DNA from: a virus
Direction: 5' to 3' (one strand)
Virus record (IMG/VR): IMGVR_UViG_3300042863_002274
Length of the DNA: 64,000 nucleotides
The notes under the pieces are model-generated. The model worked only from the letters and a program-made list of their open reading frames with translations, did no database searches and was not told where the DNA came from. The position numbers and the translations under genes are program-made. This document shows, one piece after another, positions 47,001 through 54,395 of this stretch (position 1 is the first letter of the stretch; the number at the start of each line of letters is the position of its first letter).

Positions 47001-48252
47001 AGACTACGCAGCACGAGCCAAGGAAAGACAGACTAGTGCTCTGACAAGAAGACCCGGCCCAGCAGCAAGAGCTCGTGAACTAGAGCTTGATGCAGCCATT
47101 CGTGATGCAGGGAGACAACGTTCGCCAGATGCTCCCGCGGAAAGAGAATCTGTTGGCAGATTGGCAAAAATGCGTAAAGGAAAGAGACTTAGTAGTGGAA
47201 AGACTATCGATGCTCCCGCTTCAGGCAAGACGGTAGGAATGTCTCCTAAAAACTACGCAAGCGAATATTATTCAAGAATAGGTCTACCAAGCTCTCTTGA
47301 CCCAGACATGATGCCAGTAAGTGGATATCTCGTTCATAAATCTCACATAGATGCAAAACGTGCTCAGATTACAAAAGGCGGAATGCCTGGAAATCTCAGA
47401 CCAGATGGTGTGTTTGAAGTAGGGGACGAAGATTTAGTTGGAGACGGCCTAACGGCCTTGGGTGATATGGAAATAGTTTTGCGCCCTGGAGTGTCAAACC
47501 GGGTCGCTTACGGACGAGGCAATGCTCTCACTTCGGCTCACAGGCCCGTAATGCTTAACTCACGTAACAGGGACGACGTAGCTGACGCAATCCTTAATGC
47601 CGACGGAGTAAACGCTGAAGAAACAAAACGAGAAGCCCTTTTACACATGCTCTCTTCTTCTTTGAATAACGATTTTTCAAACGCAAACGCATCAAGAAGC
47701 TCTAGTGGAAAAATGCCATCTTCGTTCGACAAGAAACTACCCGAAGGCTCCACCAGGGAACCTTTTGAGGCTCAGATTTTGGGCGGATTTGACGTTGCTG
47801 ATATCGAACAAATAAACGTTCCGTTGAGCAAGATTGAGGCCGCCTCGGCGAAAGAAGACATTTCCGACGTTGTTGATGCCGTATCGATTGCTGACAAGTT
47901 AAGAAAAGCCGGATTTTCTCAAGAAGAAATTGAATACTTTTACTCTATGGGCGGGGGACAATCGTTAGATACAGCAAGCATGTCTATGCTGCGTAAATAC
48001 AGAGCGTCACAAAAGATGAAAGACGACTTTGCCAAGCGTGGTCTGAATAATGTCAAGTTTGCTCACCCGAATGGTTTCAATATTGAAGACGCTCGTTCTC
48101 ACTCTAAGAGCGCCAAAGCAGGCCAGTCTGTTGAGTCAACCCTCAAGGACTCTATAGCTGAGGAAATTATTGCAGCAGCGAAAGACTTGCTCAAAGAAAT
48201 GAAAAAAACAAACAAGCCAAAAGTTACATCTATATTCGGAGGAAAACTATGA
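41083..48252 (+). CDS. Giant polyvalent protein: zincin, ART-like, ParB/Srx and DUF3626-like domains
   Basis: HEHAH (42886)..EVAAE; FVSG..VVVQVREG..PPGRLRI; PSQ..PILTASDGFIVDGHHRW (46675); PVSGYL..EAQILGG..DIEQI. Confidence 0.75.
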   Translation: MVDAPINRERIVVSARLIVPLSCCGGFNEKALRFRQSINSSVSTGRLEPELALKAVGDVFSLRKKTAEDTDNKKREFTGDTRPGVASNEFGYRWDKSAKWEPGSRLVISPSYTSRMGMGTMPNVGWIPRDENQPKSFQEMISRIQSEPQIQLRKFKVNPKTDDIIPESEKIIDPFAISSGMTMEERRNAQRKYQIDNPEEKRLPGASLESRVPGGSLLSRAAAVFGILRDENNKFRCPPGTPAANQFTDATGSNCFGFSASKFSRFAAREAARLTAEGEYEGLRTNANAFFGYLYGGSQQARGVASPEFISRCAYWEDLYGDKLKPPSWRDTPVTENLRLFKNGAIRAQDDIARQKASAVRIYDALGIDPSDPNAHFQAVEKLQKMHVDSDGAAGWDLKILNTSSGGDASRLTDLEVREFTEARLKSVSGWNRLSNEEQKRLIDSDIRRYQETERAMFETLLDQFMQNPSTARVLGRVEYNFLSDDEAGTGMYRDAPSIVPRLKPDGTPVLDKAGNPVMGKVPGELRSVIHINMKEILQNQETMLPNMGPDERLAISAIGARSEAEGRLAVADFLVNVDHTARGMAGLIDGVYSFSSHIMLHEHAHSIQLQVFMAKIQEQIDSKGFISVPIVDRNGIVKGTRNVDSIYRLSGDDVMAIMTDVADDINLDSLKDAMERIKSVAPLAGAYPRDAYKEGSEVWALEVAAELHALRARGIIYGDDIDAALAFMDDIGDSRASIDRALGDETAALVDMDDVFTIRPDSVVPDGMPEESITEALGDRDERIASALREEIKQFKTGFKDLPEDEMISEAAIIESQRDASNNTLKKLNDFEIDPSLPEDEKESIRGYLENLKKQTQMELDFHDTRYNEASKAWRKKYGIGARGEKDRFKESVKAVREREGLFDDVEIEELAKIAALDDLRKSVEKMPEKKIIRRLADDEIYLSTLDPSSDEAKNLIEKIDVIKEQYVQNMRDAGDKSTTAKLKKNLDQSVKDLISPPAKKNVSLKSKQEAKDHATKERRRVRGTAEQKKAVKELGDIASSDVGQLLDPAAQTRAGRAINKRNARIKRLGLTVDEKSSEEGDVVQQVQNLLIPVMEVIDGTSIADPFEIETVIDFDSGVLRGKIEGKEIEMPQFVSGKVLTTKTKKLDMPEKGIRDKETGKTARRVVVQVREGDRGLFPSAGEDDQRFVAPPGRLRITGIDPDGTVRAELSYQKDSVEVIDSMAYSLETNKTDAIWAQSHGKKIKAVADKYVNSRRESGKESTGSRSDYDSVSETSSKTVVDEVVDAGGSFGEGFDELPPHLSSDDSSSRLSSGKKDVLGAPATRKQRTELRNKSMSSQVREVKSILGGGQGDSADPLSRGDIHPDVARLIADTPEEDLLARAENTAYRMHEGFDRRVRVRATDDDIERLSSTGSIRSPFASPDDEAKRTSRRAQRYSGMGPDERSSRLSSGRTIDSSENLAERKRQEKEVAVKAFEIFDKVLNADGKNLDDMSEAELSASFGGKVKKSKRKSVSATNDSLYEVDDVPTAIALMMLGHHVAVKDQDLRLTEQSQKAFEEEVKNAAKKHIDAQNPHPKWVQYQEQYKKDSPDLDYGDPAVVKEMEKNYVDSYQADLCALYSPAQNLLCSGHIGIDREKMPQTNGRSAGYDTVAVRALKAGEAAGKFEPAKTIKRNAAVDAEFAEELNAAVIKANAGLVKKGKPELTDEEISKKLYEIVSEKHSLRNQFGDKTQEQHKGDSYDKMSDASKNWLYENTDWNDTEVNLETPFIEWLNGVIEPENGEPSVILKEVNPGDYAPSQQQLVASKVDGTARQIQEKAIEVAEGIRADNPGISDEDFRTKYLEEMKKQWFMQPILTASDGFIVDGHHRWAGINVGNSSLSEELRLPLNVNEIQTDIIEALTLGKIFQDAWGIKEARLGAENKWKEGEITDISKNEISQLMDGLTKNVGTLVDEKYAEGNFVQLGSIGLSNNPDYAARAKERQTSALTRRPGPAARARELELDAAIRDAGRQRSPDAPAERESVGRLAKMRKGKRLSSGKTIDAPASGKTVGMSPKNYASEYYSRIGLPSSLDPDMMPVSGYLVHKSHIDAKRAQITKGGMPGNLRPDGVFEVGDEDLVGDGLTALGDMEIVLRPGVSNRVAYGRGNALTSAHRPVMLNSRNRDDVADAILNADGVNAEETKREALLHMLSSSLNNDFSNANASRSSSGKMPSSFDKKLPEGSTREPFEAQILGGFDVADIEQINVPLSKIEAASAKEDISDVVDAVSIADKLRKAGFSQEEIEYFYSMGGGQSLDTASMSMLRKYRASQKMKDDFAKRGLNNVKFAHPNGFNIEDARSHSKSAKAGQSVESTLKDSIAEEIIAAAKDLLKEMKKTNKPKVTSIFGGKL

Positions 48253-48767
48253 GAGCCGCACTTGTAGCACTTCTTGGGGATTCACGTGTTTATTATGACG
48301 TGGACGCAAAAAGAGGCCAGAAGGACGCGGCTGTCGAGAAAGCTGACGGCTCGGTTGTAAAAATGGATTTAATGCACTTGTCAAGTACGGCTAGAAATCT
48401 TACAAAACTACGAAACACTCCTTTTCAAAGGTTCGTATGGGACTCCCCTAAAGACCCCTTGTCGGGAGCATGGTACGAAACCTTTATTGAGAAAACACGT
48501 CCAATAAACGATTCACTCATGGACTCAATGCCAATGCATTCAGCGCTTGGTAAAAACAAAAAAAAGATAGACAAAACTAAAAAGTCCGTCAAGTCTTTCC
48601 AACTGGACGAAATCACTCGCCGCATGCTTTCCAACTCGTGCTGCAGCGAGGTGGTACAGTTAAACATAAACGATTACGCCTTTAAGTCGCTAGAAGAACG
48701 CGACTTTGCGTGGCTTTCAGTTAAGACTATGAGAAGTATAGAAAAGGCCATAAATGATGAACAGTGA
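48249..48767 (+). CDS. Hypothetical head-module protein
   Basis: ATGA overlap with upstream gene; 172 aa. Confidence 0.65.
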   Translation: MRAALVALLGDSRVYYDVDAKRGQKDAAVEKADGSVVKMDLMHLSSTARNLTKLRNTPFQRFVWDSPKDPLSGAWYETFIEKTRPINDSLMDSMPMHSALGKNKKKIDKTKKSVKSFQLDEITRRMLSNSCCSEVVQLNINDYAFKSLEERDFAWLSVKTMRSIEKAINDEQ

Positions 48768-49410
48768 CGGAATCAAGGCAGACCCTCTTGGCGGTTTGTT
48801 GCCCCAAGAGCTTGTCACTGGGGACATCTTGCGTGGTAGAGGACCAAGGCGTGGAAACCTTGAGCGCCTCCTCAGATACTGGCGTCCCATCATGAAGAAG
48901 CCAGGCGGCTTTCGTAGGTGTCGGGTCATTCTGGTTAACCATCCAGAACTGTACCCACTAAACAATATCTGTGCTTGGTTGCATCACGAAACTACTGGTC
49001 TTTGGCCAAACGAAGGTTGCCATCATCCAGGTATGAAGAACTGCAGGAAGAAGCTCCGGAAACTGACCAACTGGACAGACTCTCAGTTCAATACTTCCCT
49101 TTCGGGGAAAAAGCCTAAAAATATGATTAGGACTTCTGGAGAAAAATCTGATTCACCATTTGGTTCTGATTTGTTCTTTTACGAACAACCAGATACTGAT
49201 TTTAAATCAAACGAAAATTCGGTCGTAACAGAGTCGGATATTTTCCACGCTATGAAGGTTCTGAATGAGTTTTGCGAGATGGAAAAAGATTTTGTGACCT
49301 TCTTAAGAAATGACAAAAATTGGCAAATAGAGGGTGAAGACGAATCCGGAAAGAAATCCTTTTCTCAGGTTCTGAAAACGTCTTCACTAGAGGATGAGTG
49401 CTGTGGATAA
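48754..49410 (+). CDS. Hypothetical head-module protein with Cys/His motif
   Basis: LLRYWR..GGFRRC..CAWLHHETTGLWP. Confidence 0.7.
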   Translation: MMNSDGIKADPLGGLLPQELVTGDILRGRGPRRGNLERLLRYWRPIMKKPGGFRRCRVILVNHPELYPLNNICAWLHHETTGLWPNEGCHHPGMKNCRKKLRKLTNWTDSQFNTSLSGKKPKNMIRTSGEKSDSPFGSDLFFYEQPDTDFKSNENSVVTESDIFHAMKVLNEFCEMEKDFVTFLRNDKNWQIEGEDESGKKSFSQVLKTSSLEDECCG

Positions 49411-51421
49411 CGCAAACGACTGCTGTAGCGGGAATGAGATACTAGTAACAAGGGTTTTACTGTTTAACCCTGCTCAAAAACAAAATATTGACTATATCCG
49501 CGGGACAAAAACGTTAACTCAAGAAATTACCGATTACAAAGCTTTGTCTAGAAAATTTGGCAACACCAGAAGAATTCAGCGTAATCAGCAATCTAGTGGA
49601 ATGCAGTTTAAGGCGAACGCTTTGCGACAGTTGGGAAGTTCGGCGTTAAGCGTGGCGGTCCCAGGAGATTCTGGCCCACTGCGCTCACCAGTACGTTCTG
49701 CTATTTACAGAACAATAACCCCAGGACGCCCAGGGGGTCGTGGCGGTTCACTTCCTGGGCAAAACAGGGCTCATCGATGCCCAGAGGGATATCAATACGG
49801 TGGAAGATTTACAGACAATAGGCTTTCTACTTGTGGTGCAAAGCTCTTTGCAATCCCCTCTGCTCTCGGTGCAGCAATTGGGGCAGCCAGAGGAGCCCTT
49901 ACTTCCGGAATATCTTCAGAAACACGTGGAAGAGACCTAACAGGGTCACCTTACGACAGCTCAATTATCCTGTCTCGCGCACCTCAAATACCTAAGGTTG
50001 GAGCCTTCAACAGTCGTGCGTCTCTAAGTAGGCTAAAAGAAGAAATAAGCTCAATAGGAAAGTTCAATAAAGAATCGGGCTTAAAAGTAAGAAGAATGAT
50101 TCGTCGTGACGGCTTTGTACTTGAACCAGTTGTTCCTAACAAAGTACTAAGAGCAATCCCTGACAACAGAGACATGGAGGGAGCATATTTCGTGATGTCA
50201 GCCCTTTCTCCAAAAGACATCGGAGGAGAAGAGTTGGGCCTCCTTTCAAACACTGGAGTGACTTCTCTAATTTATGTACTCCCGGGCGGCTCGTCTGTCA
50301 CGCTAGAAAAAGCGAGAGCGCTAGAAGTTGGTGAAAGAAGAAAACTTGGAAGAACACTAAATCAAGTTATTGCAATCGACAACTCAAGAGACCCTTCAAA
50401 ACGCCTCAAAGCACTAGCTGACGCCATTGGTGACGGCATGCTCTATTCCGAAGATTTCGTAGGAGTTAAAAATCCAAACGAAATAGTCAAGGGCAGAATC
50501 AGCTGGGCATCACAGGTGTGGGGAAAGCGCATGATGACGCAACCCCAGTCTTCGTCTACGCGTGATACAGAATCTTTTGGGCCACGTAGAAAGCTGATAT
50601 CGAATGTAGATTCAGCAGTTCAGCATCTCATCAATGGTGGTTCAATGTCAGATATTGACCCAAAAATTATGTCCAAAGTTTTATCCAAGTCAGGCGTGAT
50701 TCAGAAACAGAAGCTTGCCAACAATATAGTTGCTATCGCCACCCCTACAGAGCGTTTGTTTCTTTACAATAAGCCAAACAGGTTTCAGCATATTGGAGAA
50801 AGATTTGCTGCTGACGTTCAACAGCAGCTAGGACTGGAATCACCAGACGTAATCTTTGCCGACAAACCAGGAGAAGTAAGAAAATTCTTACGACAAGAGG
50901 TTACAAGCGCAATCCCTGGTGGCGTCTTCAACCCAGAGATAAAGTTCAACGAGCTTGAGCCTTCTGACGTTGCTGCATTAATGGTGTCGGACTACCTGAC
51001 CGACCAAAGAGAACGCCCACTTACGTCTATCTACACCATAGATACTCCTGATGCAAGAAGACTTATAGCAGGGCAAAACGCAACATCTGGACTCGTTGAT
51101 TTGTCCAAGATAGAAATTACAAAACGTATGAATTTGCGTTTAAATGATTTCTACGCAACACAGCTCACTCCTTCGTATTCTGACTATTATCAGTCGCTCA
51201 AGGCGCAGCAAAGAGTTGCATTTATGAAGTTTTTGTCCGTAATGATTCAAAGAGCAAAAAAATTTAACTCATTAGAGTTTCAAAAATCTCTATCAAAATA
51301 CGGCCTTTCTGAGGGTGAAAAAATACATATAAATATTCTTGGCAAACTGTTTGATGCAAGACTAGAAAACTTAAATGCTGGAAAAGATACTCTTAAAAAA
51401 TTAATTAGTGGAGCTATATAA
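49394..51421 (+). CDS. Head-module protein with degenerate HipA/PI-kinase-like C-terminal domain
   Basis: GERFAADVQQQLGLESP...VSDYLTDQRER; RCPEG motif shared with the 2389-aa protein. Confidence 0.55.
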   Translation: MSAVDNANDCCSGNEILVTRVLLFNPAQKQNIDYIRGTKTLTQEITDYKALSRKFGNTRRIQRNQQSSGMQFKANALRQLGSSALSVAVPGDSGPLRSPVRSAIYRTITPGRPGGRGGSLPGQNRAHRCPEGYQYGGRFTDNRLSTCGAKLFAIPSALGAAIGAARGALTSGISSETRGRDLTGSPYDSSIILSRAPQIPKVGAFNSRASLSRLKEEISSIGKFNKESGLKVRRMIRRDGFVLEPVVPNKVLRAIPDNRDMEGAYFVMSALSPKDIGGEELGLLSNTGVTSLIYVLPGGSSVTLEKARALEVGERRKLGRTLNQVIAIDNSRDPSKRLKALADAIGDGMLYSEDFVGVKNPNEIVKGRISWASQVWGKRMMTQPQSSSTRDTESFGPRRKLISNVDSAVQHLINGGSMSDIDPKIMSKVLSKSGVIQKQKLANNIVAIATPTERLFLYNKPNRFQHIGERFAADVQQQLGLESPDVIFADKPGEVRKFLRQEVTSAIPGGVFNPEIKFNELEPSDVAALMVSDYLTDQRERPLTSIYTIDTPDARRLIAGQNATSGLVDLSKIEITKRMNLRLNDFYATQLTPSYSDYYQSLKAQQRVAFMKFLSVMIQRAKKFNSLEFQKSLSKYGLSEGEKIHINILGKLFDARLENLNAGKDTLKKLISGAI

Positions 51422-52113
51422 TGAAAATCGGTTTTATCAAGGATGTTTTTGGAGGAATGCCTCATGTTATGGCAACTTCAAACAACGAAAAAATTCAGGT
51501 AAAAGCAATTACCGAATATGGCAAATCAATTGTTTCTGATTTTAATTTTGACGCTTACAACATTAAGTCAACAGTGCCTGATGGATTTATTTTTACCGGA
51601 TTCTTCGAAAACTCAGAAATAGCAGAGGACGAGCCTGTTTCTAAAGCAATTGAGAAAAAATCGTACCGCTACATCACTACTGTAAAAAACGAGAGAAGCT
51701 CAAATCGTGACCCTATCGAAAATACGCCAATCCGGTCGTTTTCCTCCGCGGTCAATAAACTGAACGCTATTTCTTTCAAGACCAGTAACTTTAAAAACCT
51801 TAAGAAAAAATCAGAATTCAAGAGAAGAATAAAGTCAGGAAAAGTTTTTTTTGACGAAAAATCTCGCGCTGTTAAATCTCATCCTAAAGCACAGTTTGGA
51901 CAAATAGAGACAGAACTCATATATGGACAATTTGGTCAAGGGTTTATTAGAAAAACAGCCAATAGAAAAACGGCAGAAACTTCTTCAAGTCGTCGATTGA
52001 CTCGCAGAGCCAAGACTCTAGAAAGCATTACCCGAGAAGCAACGGCTGGCCAAAAGGAATCAATTTCAGCACGGGTTTCTTACACTAGAAACGAAATAAA
52101 ACATGCAAGGTAA
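51421..52113 (+). CDS. Hypothetical protein
   Basis: 230 aa, translationally coupled on both sides. Confidence 0.65.
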   Translation: MKIGFIKDVFGGMPHVMATSNNEKIQVKAITEYGKSIVSDFNFDAYNIKSTVPDGFIFTGFFENSEIAEDEPVSKAIEKKSYRYITTVKNERSSNRDPIENTPIRSFSSAVNKLNAISFKTSNFKNLKKKSEFKRRIKSGKVFFDEKSRAVKSHPKAQFGQIETELIYGQFGQGFIRKTANRKTAETSSSRRLTRRAKTLESITREATAGQKESISARVSYTRNEIKHAR

Positions 52114-52774
52114 ATCTCCAGCAAAAGCAAAAGCATTGGCTCTGCGTCTTGCTCAAGACATAGGGTGTTCCGGCGCACACAAGGATTCAGAAGGAAGATG
52201 GATGCCCTGTGCTTCCATGGAAGAGATGGAAAGAATCTCAAACACTGCCGAGACATCAAGGTGGAGAAGTGTCGTTCCAGGAGCTAAAGAAGCGGGAACA
52301 AAAAGAAGTATTGGGAAAAACAAGAAAAAAAGACGCTCTGACGGCTGGGAAAACCTAACGGAAGCGCCAATACGGGGAATTGGCTCACTGGAAGGTGGAG
52401 GCATCGTTTCGTCTACTTCCTTTAGTGGTAAATCTATTGAATGCTGCGAAGAAAAGGGTGTCGGCCCAGAGTTCGTAAGAGATAACGACGTAGACGTCTT
52501 TATTGACCCAGAATCAGCCAAGGCTCGTTCTCGCCAGATTGGGTGCATAGGAATCAGTAGAAGAGTGAGCAAGTCAGGACGCACGGTGTGGATGCCATGT
52601 ACAAATATGACTGATTATTCCAATAGAACTGGTTCAACATCTTTAGGCAGAAGAAACATCAGCAAGAGGCGTGAACGGGAAACCAGAAACGCTGTCAGGA
52701 CCGTCTTGCGCGAAAAACCAAAGTCAAGCGTCGCAAGGAAAACATCCCTCACGCGAGAACTCATTGGTAAGTAA
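52103..52774 (+). CDS. Hypothetical protein with duplicated IGCxG...WMPC motif
   Basis: Internal repeat visible in translation. Confidence 0.7.
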   Translation: MQGKSPAKAKALALRLAQDIGCSGAHKDSEGRWMPCASMEEMERISNTAETSRWRSVVPGAKEAGTKRSIGKNKKKRRSDGWENLTEAPIRGIGSLEGGGIVSSTSFSGKSIECCEEKGVGPEFVRDNDVDVFIDPESAKARSRQIGCIGISRRVSKSGRTVWMPCTNMTDYSNRTGSTSLGRRNISKRRERETRNAVRTVLREKPKSSVARKTSLTRELIGK

Positions 52775-52811
52775 CGTAATCTATTTACGTACTTTAATTG
52801 CAAAATATTAT

Positions 52812-52847
52812 TAGTTACACCGAGAGGTGTCAATTATCTGTTATTTT
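52812..52847 (+). promoter_or_regulatory. Putative late promoter TAGTTACAC-N21-TATTTT
   Basis: Upstream of major capsid gene; conserved motif and spacing. Confidence 0.7.
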
Positions 52848-52935
52848 TGTTTATACATAAGAGCTGGGTGCTTACCTAAGCCTTGGAAAAACCAACAATA
52901 AACAAACCCCACCCAACTCATAAGAGGAGAACCCA

Positions 52936-54303
52936 ATGTCGGAAGACAAGGCACGTACAGAAGAGCTTCAATCAGCTCTTCGCACAAAGATGGCAGACAA
53001 TAAGACCATCGCAGATTCATTCAAAATCGAGGACGGCACAGTAGTCGTTACTCCTGAGCAAAAGTCAGCGTTCGACAAGAACATGCGCGACATCAAGGAA
53101 ATCAAGGGCCTTCTCGGAGACCTTGAGACCATGAACCAAGTAGACAACTGGGCATCACAGCCATCAGGCGATTCTGCAGGAGCAGCTTATGCTGCCGCCG
53201 CAGCAGACCTCAATAGCTTGTCTTCACGTGAAATCAAGTCAATTGGACAAATGTTCACTGACTCACCAGAGTTCAAGGCACTTAATGGTGGCCGCAATGG
53301 AGCAAACATGGTTTCACCATGGCAAATTGCTGCATCGTTGACTTCATACACTTCTGGTTACAACGTAAAGGACGTTTACTCGGGTCTGCCAACAACAGCA
53401 GTAACCGATAGCCGTCTTGGTTCATTTGGTTCCGTACAGCGTGACCCAATGGTATTGCCACCAACACGTACAAAGCGTGTTCGTGACTTGTTCCCAGTTC
53501 GCAAGACAAACGCTGCTGTTATCGAATACTTCCGTCAGCTTGGTTTCACAACCTTGCAGGCTGGAGCAGGCGTAAACAGTGCATCATCAGTTGCAGAGCG
53601 CAACGCCGGCAATACCGCATTCGGTATCAAGCCACAGTCTTCATTCGCCTTCGTTGGTGAGCAGGCTCCAGTGCGCACACTTGCACATTGGGAAGCAGCA
53701 CACCGCAACGTTCTTGCAGACGAGCCACAGCTTCGAAGCATTATCGACAACGAATTGATGTACGGTCTCCGTCTCCTTGAGGATAACCAAATCCTTAACG
53801 GTAACGGTACTGGTGAAAACTTGTTGGGCGTTCGTAACACACCAAACATCCAGACATACAACTGGTCAAGCGGTGCAACTCTGCCAGTGAAGGACACAAA
53901 GGCTGACGCGCTTCGCCGTGCGGCAACCCTTTCCTTCCTTGCTTACTACGAGCCAAGCGGCATCGTTCTTCACCCGAACGACTGGGAAGACATCGAACTT
54001 ACTAAGGACTCACAAGGCCAGTACCTCATCGCAGTTTCGGTTGCAATGGGTGGCGAGCCACGCGTCTGGCGTATGCCAATCGTTGACACTCCTGCAATGA
54101 CTGAAGGTAAGGCACTTGTTGGAGCCTTCGGTACCGGAGCACAGTTGTACGACCGTGAAGAAGCAAGCATCCGCATCAGCGAACAGCATTCGGACTTCTT
54201 CGTCCGTAACGCAATCGTTATCCTTGCAGAGCAAAGACTTGCGCTTGCTGTCAAGCGTCCAGAAGCATTCGTTGAAGTAACCTTCGACAACGCACCAGCC
54301 TAA
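52936..54303 (+). CDS. Major capsid protein (HK97 fold)
   Basis: KPQS, VRTLAHW, EDNQILNGNG, LHPNDW and FVRNAIVILAEQRLALAVKRPEAF; GAGGAG RBS. Confidence 0.96.
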   Translation: MSEDKARTEELQSALRTKMADNKTIADSFKIEDGTVVVTPEQKSAFDKNMRDIKEIKGLLGDLETMNQVDNWASQPSGDSAGAAYAAAAADLNSLSSREIKSIGQMFTDSPEFKALNGGRNGANMVSPWQIAASLTSYTSGYNVKDVYSGLPTTAVTDSRLGSFGSVQRDPMVLPPTRTKRVRDLFPVRKTNAAVIEYFRQLGFTTLQAGAGVNSASSVAERNAGNTAFGIKPQSSFAFVGEQAPVRTLAHWEAAHRNVLADEPQLRSIIDNELMYGLRLLEDNQILNGNGTGENLLGVRNTPNIQTYNWSSGATLPVKDTKADALRRAATLSFLAYYEPSGIVLHPNDWEDIELTKDSQGQYLIAVSVAMGGEPRVWRMPIVDTPAMTEGKALVGAFGTGAQLYDREEASIRISEQHSDFFVRNAIVILAEQRLALAVKRPEAFVEVTFDNAPA

Positions 54304-54317
54304 TAAGCACTAAGCGG

Positions 54318-54364
54318 AACCCCGCCTGTACCTTCGAACGGTACGGGCGGGGTTTTTGCCTTTT
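54318..54364 (+). terminator. Rho-independent terminator after major capsid gene
   Basis: AACCCCGCCTGTACC-ttcgaac-GGTACGGGCGGGGTT stem followed by T tracts. Confidence 0.9.
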
Positions 54365-54395
54365 ATAACCCAAAAACTATGAGAAGATATCTTAT

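Noticed and set aside
33704-47753. Long antisense ORFs (e.g. 33704-34486, 35834-36325, 43533-44198)
   Set aside because: Shadow frames of the giant genes; S/F/L-rich with no recognisable motifs
30555-48252. Inteins explaining the giant ORF sizes
   Set aside because: No C/S...HN-C/S/T splice junctions or LAGLIDADG motifs recognised
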